Source: Candidatus Velamenicoccus archaeovorus
GTDB lineage: Bacteria; Omnitrophota; Gorgyraeia; Velamenicoccales; Velamenicoccaceae
Assembly: GCF_004102945.1 (NCBI RefSeq)
Contig: NZ_CP019384.1
Location: forward strand, 1,410,001-1,442,000
DNA: 32,000 bases
Direction: 5' to 3'
The notes beneath the pieces were generated by a model. It saw nothing but the letters and a program-made list of their open reading frames with translations. It had not been told where the DNA came from and did not search any database. The number at the start of each line of letters is the position of its first letter. Within the stretch, counting starts at the first letter, position 1. The translations under genes and the position numbers were made by a program. Shown one piece after another: positions 18,676 through 27,091 of the stretch.

Positions 18676-19341
18676 TTAAAATGTTCGGGGACGGTGTTTG
18701 ACGACCTTGGCAGAAACCATATAGATGACATCTTCGGCGATGTTGGTGGCATGATCACAGATACGTTCCAGGTGGCGTGCGACCAACAATAACGGCAAGG
18801 CGCGGCTGACGCAGGAAACGTCTTTCTCCATAAAATCACGGATCAACTCTGTCTGGACAAGGTTACGCAGCTGATCGGCCTCGCTGTCTTTCAGGATCAC
18901 TTTTTTCGCCTGCTCCGTATCTTCCTTGAGAAAAGCCTCAAGGGCATCCCTGATCATCTGCTGGGCGAGCAAAGACAGCCTGGGGATATCGTGCAAAGGT
19001 TTCAACAAAGGCCGACCCGCCAGTTCGATGACCCGCTGGGCAATATCAACGGCCAGGTCCGCCATCCGCTCCAAGTCTGTCGTGATCTTCATGACCATGG
19101 CGACAAACCGCAGGTCGACGGCCAACGGCTGCATGAGGGCCAGGAGCCGCAGGGTCTTCTCGTCGAGGGTCAGCTCCATCTCATCGATCCGCCTGTCCTC
19201 GAGTATGATTTGGTGCGCCTCCTCCGCATCAAGGTTTTTTAACGCCTCTTGCGCCCTGTCGACGGCCTGTTCCACCATCGTCCCCATGATCAGGATTTCC
19301 TGTTTCAGCTCCGCCAATTCTTCGTCAAAATGCCTCTCCAT
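18676..19341 (-). CDS. phoU: Phosphate signalling complex protein PhoU (operon 2)
   Basis: MERHFDEELAELKQEIL... and ERICDHATNIAEDVIY. Start at ATG 19341, preceded by an AGGGAGAG RBS. Confidence 0.9.
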   Translation of the reverse strand: MERHFDEELAELKQEILIMGTMVEQAVDRAQEALKNLDAEEAHQIILEDRRIDEMELTLDEKTLRLLALMQPLAVDLRFVAMVMKITTDLERMADLAVDIAQRVIELAGRPLLKPLHDIPRLSLLAQQMIRDALEAFLKEDTEQAKKVILKDSEADQLRNLVQTELIRDFMEKDVSCVSRALPLLLVARHLERICDHATNIAEDVIYMVSAKVVKHRPRTF

Positions 19342-19385
19342 GTGTCTCTCCCTCTGGGATTGATGATAATAAATCAAGCTGGTCA

Positions 19386-20144
19386 TCAACCAAATCTCCC
19401 CGTAATGTAATCCTCGGTCCTTTTATCTGCCGGCGCTTCAAACATCATCTCCGTCCTGTCGAATTCTATCAGTTCCCCCAGGAGGAAAAATGCCGCGCGA
19501 TCCGACACCCGGGCCGCCTGCTGCATGTTATGCGTCACGATGATGATCGTATAATCCTGCTTAAGCCTGAATATCAGCTCCTCGATCTTCCCTGTCGAAA
19601 TAGGGTCCAAGGCGGAACAAGGCTCGTCGAAAAGGATGATCTCCGGCTTAACGGCCAGGGCCCTGGCAATACAAAGGCGCTGCTGCTGGCCCCCGGAAAG
19701 GCTGACCCCCGAAGCGCCAAGCTTATCCTTGACCTCATCCCACAAAGCGGCCATCTTCAGGGATTCTTCGACAATCCCGTCAAGCTGACCCCTCTTTCTG
19801 ACCCCGTTAAGCTTCAGGCCTGCAGCGACATTGTCATAGATGGAAAGCACGGGGAATGGATTGGGCCGCTGGAATACCATACCGACCCTGTGTCTGATCT
19901 CGATGGGATCGACATCGGGTGCATAGATGTTTTTACCGTCCAGAAAGACCTCTCCCGACAGCCGTGCGCTCGGCACGACCTCATGCAGCCTGTTGATGCA
20001 GCGAATGAATGTCGACTTCCCGCAGCCCGAGGGACCGATGATAGCCGTCACTTGCTTCTGTTCTATGGCTATATTTATACCTTTTAAGACGTGGATGTGC
20101 CCGAAATAGGCGTTCAGATCAATGACATTGACTTGTTCGTTCAT
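19386..20144 (-). CDS. pstB: Phosphate ABC transporter ATP-binding protein PstB (fully canonical)
   Basis: [45 protein letters not shown] and [10 protein letters not shown] are all present. Confidence 0.95.
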   Translation of the reverse strand: MNEQVNVIDLNAYFGHIHVLKGINIAIEQKQVTAIIGPSGCGKSTFIRCINRLHEVVPSARLSGEVFLDGKNIYAPDVDPIEIRHRVGMVFQRPNPFPVLSIYDNVAAGLKLNGVRKRGQLDGIVEESLKMAALWDEVKDKLGASGVSLSGGQQQRLCIARALAVKPEIILFDEPCSALDPISTGKIEELIFRLKQDYTIIIVTHNMQQAARVSDRAAFFLLGELIEFDRTEMMFEAPADKRTEDYITGRFG

Positions 20145-20153
20145 GGGCTATCC

Positions 20154-21002
20154 TTATTTGAAGGATCTGTAGCGCAGATAAATCACGATCCTGCTGACGA
20201 TGCTGATCAAGAATACCATGGCGATCAACACGAGGGCGCCGGCCCAGGCCTGCCTGTGCCAATCGTCAAACGGAGAGATGGCGTAGACGAATATTTGCAA
20301 CGGCAGGGCCGCCATAGGCTGATCAAGGCCCTGATGCCAGAACCTATTGCCGAAGGCCGTGAACAACAGCGGCGCCGTCTCTCCGGCGATGCGCGCGATG
20401 GCCAATAAAATCCCCGTCAGGACCCCGGGCAGGGCGGTCTTGAGAACGATATTCATGGTCGTGCGGAACTGGTTGATCCCGAGGGCGAACGCGGCCTCGC
20501 GCAGCGTCGCCGGCACAAGCCGCAGCATCTCTTCAGTCGTACGCATGACCGTGGGGATCATGATGATCCCAAGGGCAAAACCGCCGCTGACCGCCGAAAA
20601 ACTCTTCATGGGAACGACGAACAGCGTATAAGCAAAGATCCCGATAACGATAGACGGTACACCGTTCAAAACATCCGTCGTGAACCGGACCGCAGCCCCC
20701 AGCTTTGAATTGCCGAACTCGGACAGATAGACCCCGCCCGCGATCCCCAGCGGGATGGCCCAAAGACAGGAAAGTCCGACCAGAATAAGGCTGCCGACGA
20801 TCGCGTTCCCCATGCCGCCGCCGGGTTCTCCGACGGGTTTCGGCAAATGCGTAAAGAAATCGAAATTGACGCTCGCGATCCCTTTGGAGACGACATAGCC
20901 GAAGATGCTGATGAGGGGCGCGAGCGTCAAAAAAGCGCAGAGAAAAACGACGGCACACATGAGCGCATTGACGACCTTCCTTCTTCTATAAACAGCCTTC
21001 AT
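20154..21002 (-). CDS. pstA: Phosphate ABC transporter permease PstA (operon 2)
   Basis: PstA-type TM protein (ALGINQFRTTMNIVL). Start at MKAVYRRRK; its ATG overlaps the pstC stop (ATGA at 21002-20999). Confidence 0.9.
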   Translation of the reverse strand: MKAVYRRRKVVNALMCAVVFLCAFLTLAPLISIFGYVVSKGIASVNFDFFTHLPKPVGEPGGGMGNAIVGSLILVGLSCLWAIPLGIAGGVYLSEFGNSKLGAAVRFTTDVLNGVPSIVIGIFAYTLFVVPMKSFSAVSGGFALGIIMIPTVMRTTEEMLRLVPATLREAAFALGINQFRTTMNIVLKTALPGVLTGILLAIARIAGETAPLLFTAFGNRFWHQGLDQPMAALPLQIFVYAISPFDDWHRQAWAGALVLIAMVFLISIVSRIVIYLRYRSFK

Positions 21003-21925
21003 GCCCCCCTCCCTCTTCCAGCCTTGCCTGATACCTTCCATATCAAGGCCTGCGCCGCGATATTGAGGATCAGCGTGACAAAAAACAGGATAAGCCCGAT
21101 TTCGATGAGGGCCGAAAGATAGAGGTCGCTGGTGGCCTCGGTGAACTCATTGGCGATCACCGACGCCATGGTGTAGGCGGGCGCAAACAGGGAAGCGGCG
21201 ATCTGGGGCCTGTTACCGATGACCATCGTAACGGCCATGGTCTCACCCAGCGCCCGTCCCAGCCCGAGCATGATGGCGCCCAACACCCCTGAACGGGCAG
21301 ACCCCAAGACGCCCAAACGGATGGTCTCCCACGGCGTCGCCCCTAATCCTAAAGCCGCCTCCCGCTGGGCGAATGGCACGGCCAAAAATACCTCCCGTGA
21401 CACGGAAGAAATCGTAGGAATAATCATGATGCTCAAGATGATGCCCGCCGTCAGCATGCCGACGCCGTAAAAGGCCCCCTGGAAAAGCGGCAAAAACCCT
21501 AAATGGCGAGACAAAAACGGCTGGATGGCATATCTCAAGAACGGCGCCAGAACAAAGATACCCCACAATCCATAGACGACGCTGGGAATGGCGGCCAGCA
21601 ATTCGATAAGAAAACTCAACGGCTGCCGGATCCAGAAAGGCGCCAGTTCCGCCAGATAGATCGCGATGCCCAGTGAGACAGGAACAGCAATCGCGAGGGC
21701 CAGGATCGACGAGACGATCGTCCCGTAGATGAACGGCAGCGCCCCAAAGACCTCTTTGACCGGATCCCAGGTGCTTGTCGACAAAAAACGCCAGCCGAAT
21801 TTCTGGATGGACGGCATGGCGTTTACCACCATGCTGCAAGCCAAAAGGAAGGTCAAGGCGACCACGGACAAGGCTAGCACCGTGGCCGCCCTTCTAAACC
21901 CCCTATCGGCTAACGTCAACTTCAT
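20999..21925 (-). CDS. pstC: Phosphate ABC transporter permease PstC (operon 2)
   Basis: PSIQKFGWRFLSTSTWDPV and GLGATPWETIRLGVL are typical PstC blocks. Confidence 0.9.
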   Translation of the reverse strand: MKLTLADRGFRRAATVLALSVVALTFLLACSMVVNAMPSIQKFGWRFLSTSTWDPVKEVFGALPFIYGTIVSSILALAIAVPVSLGIAIYLAELAPFWIRQPLSFLIELLAAIPSVVYGLWGIFVLAPFLRYAIQPFLSRHLGFLPLFQGAFYGVGMLTAGIILSIMIIPTISSVSREVFLAVPFAQREAALGLGATPWETIRLGVLGSARSGVLGAIMLGLGRALGETMAVTMVIGNRPQIAASLFAPAYTMASVIANEFTEATSDLYLSALIEIGLILFFVTLILNIAAQALIWKVSGKAGRGRGA

Positions 21926-21941
21926 GGGCGATGCGTCTCGG

Positions 21942-22973
21942 CTAATAAGTTATCTCGCCGAGCCTCTTCTCGATCTTCTTGACCATGCTCTGAGGCAAAG
22001 GGGCGTACAGAAGGTCTGCCGCATACCTTTGGCCGTCCGAAACGGCCCAGTACAGGAATTTCACGATCTTTTCGCCCCTGACCTTGTCAGGCTGATGCTT
22101 ATAAACCAGGATCCAGGTCACGCCGGCGATCGGATAGGCATCCGCCCCGTCGGGATTCACCAACGAAACCCTGAAATCGGACGGCATGGAATCGATCTTG
22201 CCGTTGACGGCTGCAGTCGTGCTTTCGATGCTCGGCGTCACAAAATTCCCCGATTTGTTCCTGACATCCGCATACGGCAGGCCGTTTTTGACCGCATAGG
22301 CAAGTTCCACATAGCCGATCGCCCCCTCTGTCTGCTTCACCAGGCCCGCCACTCCCTCATTGCCCTTACCGCCTAAACCCACCGGCCAATTCACGGAAGT
22401 GCCCTTACCGACCTCGGACTTCCAGACAGCAGATACAGAAGAAAGATAATCCGTGAAGATATTTGTCGTCCCGCTGCCATCCGAACGATGCGCCACAATG
22501 ATATTTTCAGCGGGCAGGTCAACCCCCGGGTTGTCCTGGGCGATCCGGGGATCATTCCACCGGGAGATCTTGCCGAGGAAAATATCGGCGATCACATCCG
22601 GGCTGAATTTTAAGTTTTGGCTGACCTGCGGCAGATTGTAGGTGATAACAACGGCCCCCGCCGTCATCGGGATATGCAACAGTTCTCCCGGAGCCGTCTT
22701 TAACTGTTCGTCGGTCAAGGCCCCGTCGGAGGCGCCGAAATCCACCGTCTGGGCCGTGATCTGTTTTATGCCGCCGCCGGAACCGATGGACTGATAGTTA
22801 AAATTCACGGTCGGGTCGACCTTGGTGTATTCATAGAACCACTTTGAATAGAGCGGATAAGGAAAAGTCGCCCCCGCCCCGTTGATCAAAAGCAGTTTTC
22901 CTGCGAGGGCCGCCCCTGCCGCAAGGCTCAGGGCCAGGATCCCCGTCATGCATCCTAAAAGTATCCTTTTCAT
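21942..22973 (-). CDS. pstS: Phosphate-binding protein PstS, long E. coli-like type (operon 2)
   Basis: Signal peptide, then INGAGATFPYPLYSKWFYEY...YQSIGSGGGIKQI...FGASD. Start at MKRILLG (ATG 22973), preceded by an AAGGAGAG RBS. Confidence 0.9.
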   Translation of the reverse strand: MKRILLGCMTGILALSLAAGAALAGKLLLINGAGATFPYPLYSKWFYEYTKVDPTVNFNYQSIGSGGGIKQITAQTVDFGASDGALTDEQLKTAPGELLHIPMTAGAVVITYNLPQVSQNLKFSPDVIADIFLGKISRWNDPRIAQDNPGVDLPAENIIVAHRSDGSGTTNIFTDYLSSVSAVWKSEVGKGTSVNWPVGLGGKGNEGVAGLVKQTEGAIGYVELAYAVKNGLPYADVRNKSGNFVTPSIESTTAAVNGKIDSMPSDFRVSLVNPDGADAYPIAGVTWILVYKHQPDKVRGEKIVKFLYWAVSDGQRYAADLLYAPLPQSMVKKIEKRLGEITY

Positions 22974-23009
22974 ATCAACAGCTCTCCTTTGCTTGTTAAA
23001 CACATATCC

Positions 23010-24299
23010 TTAGAATTTCATGTTCCAATCGACCTGGACAAGGGTCTCGGGATTCTTGGGATCCGATATGCTCCACGAACGATAGATATCGACGCCGAGG
23101 AACGTATTCTTGCCCAACCCGTAGGTGAATTCGCATTCATGGCTTCTCATGTTTGTCGCCCCGCCGTAACGGTCCGAATCCGGCAACACGTCGAGCACCG
23201 CATCCTTGCCCAGCATGGCATAGATATACTTGATCTGCCAATCGCCCCATTTGGAGACCTTGTCGTGGCCCAGCTTGAAACCCACGGCAAAACCGCTCGA
23301 CCCCTTGGATACGTCGAGATTATTGACGTATTCGCCGAAGAATTTCACCATCTCGATCTTGGAACCGACGGCGCTGAACGGTTCTTTGATCGTCAACTCC
23401 ACGGCCGGACTGAACATCTGATAGTCATAGATGTAACTCGAGGCCCCTTTTGTCGTATTGCCCGTGTTGCTGGCCGAAGAATACTTGCTGGAGGTATGCC
23501 CTTTGACATTATCAAAAGATTGATAAGATACGCTCCCCTTCAATGACATGTCTTTGTTAAATTTATAGGTAGCCCCTGCCTGGGCGAGATAGGCCATGGG
23601 CGAGTCGGCGTCCGAGCTGGTGTCGGCATCCACGATCAACACCCCTGTGTTCAAGAATGCCGAAGCGCGGGATCCCAACTTCTTGTTAAGGCTAAAAACC
23701 CCTCCCTCGGGCGTTATGTCCGTATCCCAGATCAGGTCGGTCGGCTCCCAGAGCGCATCGCCCAAGAGCATCTTGCCGCCGACGGCAGTAAACCAGTCCG
23801 ACGGGCTGTATTTGCCATAGGCGTAATCAAGGACGACGGTCTTTTTCTCATTGTAGCCGCCCAGCGTGATATTCGTAGAGCGGGGATCCCCCGAACCGCT
23901 TGCGATCCCCACGCCTGCCATCAGCTTATCATTGACCTTGGCGTCCAATCCCAGGCGCAGACGGATGCGTCCGATGTGGGTGTCTTTTGCCGCATCATTC
24001 GTCGCTTTTTCATGCTTATACTGGTACCTGAGCCGGAAATCACCTTTCAATTTTATGTTCTTGACCCAATCGGGCATGCTGCCTTTGGCTATTTCCTTAT
24101 AATCCTCCTGTTTCTGTTTTTCCGTTTTGGCTATCTCTTCGTTCGTCTCCGTCCTTATCTCCTGCGCCTCCGAGGCGTTTAAAACGCCTTTCTCCACCAA
24201 TTTCTGGAGCAAGACATCCACCTCGCCGGCCCATGCCGCGCGGAAAGACGACAACCCCAGCAGCATGCTCGCTAAAAATACAAATACCGTTTTCCTCAT
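23010..24299 (-). CDS. Putative outer-membrane porin with N-terminal coiled-coil segment (phosphate-regulated by context)
   Basis: Signal peptide MRKTVFVFLASMLLGLSSFRAAWA, a charged helical stretch, then strand-like repeats and a C-terminal ...VDWNMKF. Start at ATG 24299, preceded by an AAGGAGGAAAG RBS. It sits 36 nt upstream of pstS. Confidence 0.65.
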   Translation of the reverse strand: MRKTVFVFLASMLLGLSSFRAAWAGEVDVLLQKLVEKGVLNASEAQEIRTETNEEIAKTEKQKQEDYKEIAKGSMPDWVKNIKLKGDFRLRYQYKHEKATNDAAKDTHIGRIRLRLGLDAKVNDKLMAGVGIASGSGDPRSTNITLGGYNEKKTVVLDYAYGKYSPSDWFTAVGGKMLLGDALWEPTDLIWDTDITPEGGVFSLNKKLGSRASAFLNTGVLIVDADTSSDADSPMAYLAQAGATYKFNKDMSLKGSVSYQSFDNVKGHTSSKYSSASNTGNTTKGASSYIYDYQMFSPAVELTIKEPFSAVGSKIEMVKFFGEYVNNLDVSKGSSGFAVGFKLGHDKVSKWGDWQIKYIYAMLGKDAVLDVLPDSDRYGGATNMRSHECEFTYGLGKNTFLGVDIYRSWSISDPKNPETLVQVDWNMKF

Positions 24300-24427
24300 C
24301 TTTCCTCCTTTTCCCCGCCGTGCGGGCCCTGTCCCGCTCAGGCAGGCGTTGTTGAATGGATCCCGTTGGTCTTTTTTTTGTTCGCTCCTGCCCGCCGTGG
24401 GCGGGCGGAAAAGTCTGGCAAAGGGGA

Positions 24428-24619
24428 TCAATTTTCTTTCCATATCTTGCGGACCTGCCGAAGGCTCGCCTCTACCTTCTTTAAATTATCTTCCGCCCAA
24501 CTATCGCTGATCATGTGATCCTGTTCCACCTGATCAAGAAGGCTTCCCAAGACACGGATCTGCGCCCTCAAATGGCTTGCAATGAAATCGGAGCGGATGT
24601 TCGACATCTTCTGAAACAT
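24428..24619 (-). CDS. Hypothetical 63-aa soluble helical protein, first ORF after the Pho-box-like promoter
   Basis: MFQKMSNIRSDFIASHLRAQIRVLGSLLDQVEQDHMISDSWAEDNLKKVEASLRQVRKIWKEN. Strong GGGAGGA RBS 4 nt upstream of the ATG at 24619. No family recognised. Confidence 0.45.
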   Translation of the reverse strand: MFQKMSNIRSDFIASHLRAQIRVLGSLLDQVEQDHMISDSWAEDNLKKVEASLRQVRKIWKEN

Positions 24620-24816
24620 GAGGTCCTCCCTGCTGCTTGCGTTCACGCCCGGCCGCAATAAAGATCCAGGATCCGCGTTTCCTCGGCAACCAGCAGTCTC
24701 AAGATCCTGCTGATATGCCGCCAGGCCCGAAGGACATGCGGATAGCTCATTTTTGCGACGGATAAAAAGCGTTTCGCGAATCTCTGGATGTTATCTGCTG
24801 GCGTCATCACGCCCAA

Positions 24817-24872
24817 AATATAAAATATGCGGATGACAATTGTGTGGAGGGAATGTGAACTTTGGGTGAACT
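24817..24872 (-). promoter_or_regulatory. Pho-box-like array: four heptamers at exact 11-bp phasing, then a -10-like TATATT
   Basis: The minus strand reads AGTTCAC ccaa AGTTCAC attc CCTCCAC acaa TTGTCAT ccgcatattt TATATT. Heptamers start at 24872, 24861, 24850 and 24839. The layout matches the 7-bp repeat plus 4-bp spacer of PhoB/OmpR-family sites; TTGTCAT is 6/7 to the E. coli CTGTCAT. Confidence 0.55.
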
Positions 24873-24906
24873 CTAAACCTGTGAGGTCTTGTGGGAAAAA
24901 CGGCCA

Positions 24907-24979
24907 CAGCCGCCCTGCAGGGAGGCTGCCGGCGCGTTACCCCGCGCCAGAAAGCCCCGGCTTGCCTGCCGGCAGGCAA
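24907..24979. other. Cluster of GC-rich palindromes, including the 18-bp perfect palindrome ttgcctgccggcaggcaa (24962-24979)
   Basis: cagcc-g-ccctgcaggg-a-ggctg (24907-24928, followed on the minus strand by tggccgttttt); ggcgcg-ttaccc-cgcgcc (24931-24948); perfect palindrome at 24962-24979. All read directly. Confidence 0.6.
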
Positions 24980-25054
24980 TTGCACAGAAAGATGAAGGTT
25001 TGATGCGGGATTTCGCTGGGCAGAGACAAAAAAGAAGCCGCCAGCCGGGTCAAC

Positions 25055-25128
25055 CTGCCTGTTTCGGCCTGATTCGGCCCTGACCTTGGCCTACGGCCAG
25101 GCCAAGGTCAGGCCAAACAAACAGGCAG
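25055..25128. other. Nested hairpin downstream of phoR (outer 10-bp stem, inner perfect 13-bp stem)
   Basis: Outer stem ctgcctgttt (25055-25064) / aaacaggcag (25119-25128). Inner stem cctgaccttggcc (25079-25091) / ggccaaggtcagg (25100-25112), loop tacggcca. On the minus strand a T6 run follows about 20 nt later. Confidence 0.6.
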
Positions 25129-25146
25129 ACGTGCCGGCGAACTTCA

Positions 25147-26334
25147 TTATTGGGGAGAGGCGATCGGAAGCGTGAAGCTGAACGTCGAGCCGCGGCCATG
25201 GACCGACTGGACCCAGACGCGGCCGCCGTGCGCCTGGATGATGTGTTTGACGATGGATAACCCCAGCCCTGTCCCTCCCAATTCCCTGGAACGGGCCTTG
25301 TCGACGCGGTAAAACCTTTCGAAAATGCGGGGCAGATCTTCTTCGGGTATTCCTATGCCGGTGTCCTTGACATCCACGCGAACAAAGCGATCCGAGACAG
25401 ACGCCGAGACCTCCACGGAAGCTTTCTCGCCTGAATATTTGATGGCGTTATCCATGAGATTCAAGAGGACCTGGGAAAGACGCGCCTCGTCGGCCATAAC
25501 CAACGGGAGATCCGGCGGGACAACACATGTGACAACGATGGACTTGGCGCGGGCGGGATTATCGAGTACCGCCATGCACCGCTGGACGACGGCGGAGAGC
25601 TTTACCGGCAGAAAAGACATCTTCATCTTGCCCGACTCGATCTTGGAAAGATCCAAAAGATCGTCGATAAGCTTACTAAGACGCTCGCTGTCCCGCAAGA
25701 TGATCTGGATGAAATCCCTGGCATGGGCCTCGTCTTCCAGGGCCCCCTCCAGGAGCGTTTCGGCATAACCTTTGATGCTCGACAATGGCGTACGTAATTC
25801 GTGGGACACATTCGCCACAAGGTCCTGCCTGACCCTCTCCAGGCGCCGGAGTTCCGTAATATCATGAAAAACAAGGACCGCGCCTTCAACGGCCCCGCTC
25901 CTCACGACGGGAACGCCGTTGACCCGGAAAGTCTTTTCCTGAGGCACGACCAGAGAGATCTCTTCAGAGATCAAGACCTGGCCGGCGCCTTGCAGCGTCC
26001 TGTCAACAATATCCTGGACAGCGACGTTCCTGATAACTTCAAGCGGTTTCTTGCCGTCAGCCGCCCCCTCGATCATGAAGTTCTTGCGTAAAGAAGGGTT
26101 CAAGAGAAGGATCCCTCCCCGGCGATCCACAACCAAGACCCCCTCGACCATGCTCGAAAGGATCGCCCCCAATTTGGCCTCTCCGGCGCCTCCGGCTTCC
26201 TCGACCTGGACGAGACTCGTCTTGGCTTCCTGCAGGAGAACGCGCAAACGACGATGCTGGCGGCTTATCCAGGACAGGTATGCGAGGAGCCCCGCAACGG
26301 CGATGGAAAGTATCCATAAAAAAACAGTCGTCAT
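25147..26334 (-). CDS. phoR: PhoR-type sensor histidine kinase
   Basis: One N-terminal TM helix, a PAS-like region, HisKA (VSHELRTPLSSIKGY) and HATPase_c (DTGIGIP...GGTGLGLSIVK). Overlaps the phoB stop by 4 nt. Confidence 0.88.
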   Translation of the reverse strand: MTTVFLWILSIAVAGLLAYLSWISRQHRRLRVLLQEAKTSLVQVEEAGGAGEAKLGAILSSMVEGVLVVDRRGGILLLNPSLRKNFMIEGAADGKKPLEVIRNVAVQDIVDRTLQGAGQVLISEEISLVVPQEKTFRVNGVPVVRSGAVEGAVLVFHDITELRRLERVRQDLVANVSHELRTPLSSIKGYAETLLEGALEDEAHARDFIQIILRDSERLSKLIDDLLDLSKIESGKMKMSFLPVKLSAVVQRCMAVLDNPARAKSIVVTCVVPPDLPLVMADEARLSQVLLNLMDNAIKYSGEKASVEVSASVSDRFVRVDVKDTGIGIPEEDLPRIFERFYRVDKARSRELGGTGLGLSIVKHIIQAHGGRVWVQSVHGRGSTFSFTLPIASPQ

Positions 26335-27023
26335 CCGATATTCTCCCTGAATCGATAACCGATGCCGCGGACGGTCTCGATGTGTCTGCCCATCGGGCCG
26401 ATCTTTTTACGCAGGCGCTTGATATGCGTATCGATCGTGCGCGTCGTCACGTCGGCCGCGATGTCCCAAACGTCCGAAAGCAAACGCTCGCGCGTCTGGA
26501 CACGGCCCTGGCGCTGGATGAGGGTCAAAAGGAGCTTGAACTCCATCGGCGTCAACGCGGCCTCTTTATTGCCGACGGTCACCTTGTGGCGCGTCACATC
26601 CACGGCCAGACTCTTGACCGTGTAGATGTCGCCGGGGGTTTCCTGCACCGTGCCGCGCTTCAGGATCGCCCTGATCCTCAGCGTCAATTCCCTCGGGGAG
26701 AACGGCTTGACGATATAATCATCCGCGCCAAGTTCCAGTCCGACGATCCGGTCGACCTCTTCTCCCTTGGCTGTCAACATGATGACGGCAATGCCCTTCA
26801 GGCGGTCATCCTGTTTGAGGGCGCGACAAACCTCAAATCCGTCCATGCGGGGCAGCATGACGTCCAGAACAATCAGGTCTACGGCCGACTGGCGCAAAAC
26901 CGACAACGCCTCCTCGCCGGAAAAAGCCGTAAGGCAATCGTAGCCGGCTTTCTCCAGATTGTATCTGACAAGCTTGGAAATGTTCTTATCGTCTTCGACG
27001 ATCAAGATGTGCGCTTTTGTCAT
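26331..27023 (-). CDS. phoB: PhoB-type response regulator (OmpR family)
   Basis: Receiver domain (ILIVEDD...DLIVLDVMLP...LTAKGEE...ADDYIVKPFSPREL) plus a winged-helix output domain (TRTIDTHIKRLRKKI...IETVRGIGYRF). Confidence 0.9.
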   Translation of the reverse strand: MTKAHILIVEDDKNISKLVRYNLEKAGYDCLTAFSGEEALSVLRQSAVDLIVLDVMLPRMDGFEVCRALKQDDRLKGIAVIMLTAKGEEVDRIVGLELGADDYIVKPFSPRELTLRIRAILKRGTVQETPGDIYTVKSLAVDVTRHKVTVGNKEAALTPMEFKLLLTLIQRQGRVQTRERLLSDVWDIAADVTTRTIDTHIKRLRKKIGPMGRHIETVRGIGYRFRENIG

Positions 27024-27091
27024 AAATCAGCTCCGTACCTTTAAGAATATTATATCCCAAAACAACAAACCGCCCTTCAAAAACTGATACA

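Noticed and set aside
24643-24750. 35-aa ORF (MSYPHVLRAWRHISRILRLLVAEETRILDLYCGRA) as a real gene.
   Set aside because: No Shine-Dalgarno sequence lies upstream and no family was recognised. It is kept only as a possible leader peptide inside the finding on the small ORFs.
25079-25112. Possible SRP (4.5S) RNA, because of CCAAGGTCAGG-like sequence in a long hairpin.
   Set aside because: The conserved domain IV features (GGAA-type tetraloop, AGCA/GNAR symmetric loop motifs) are absent, and the loop is tacggcca. The resemblance is limited to a few nucleotides.
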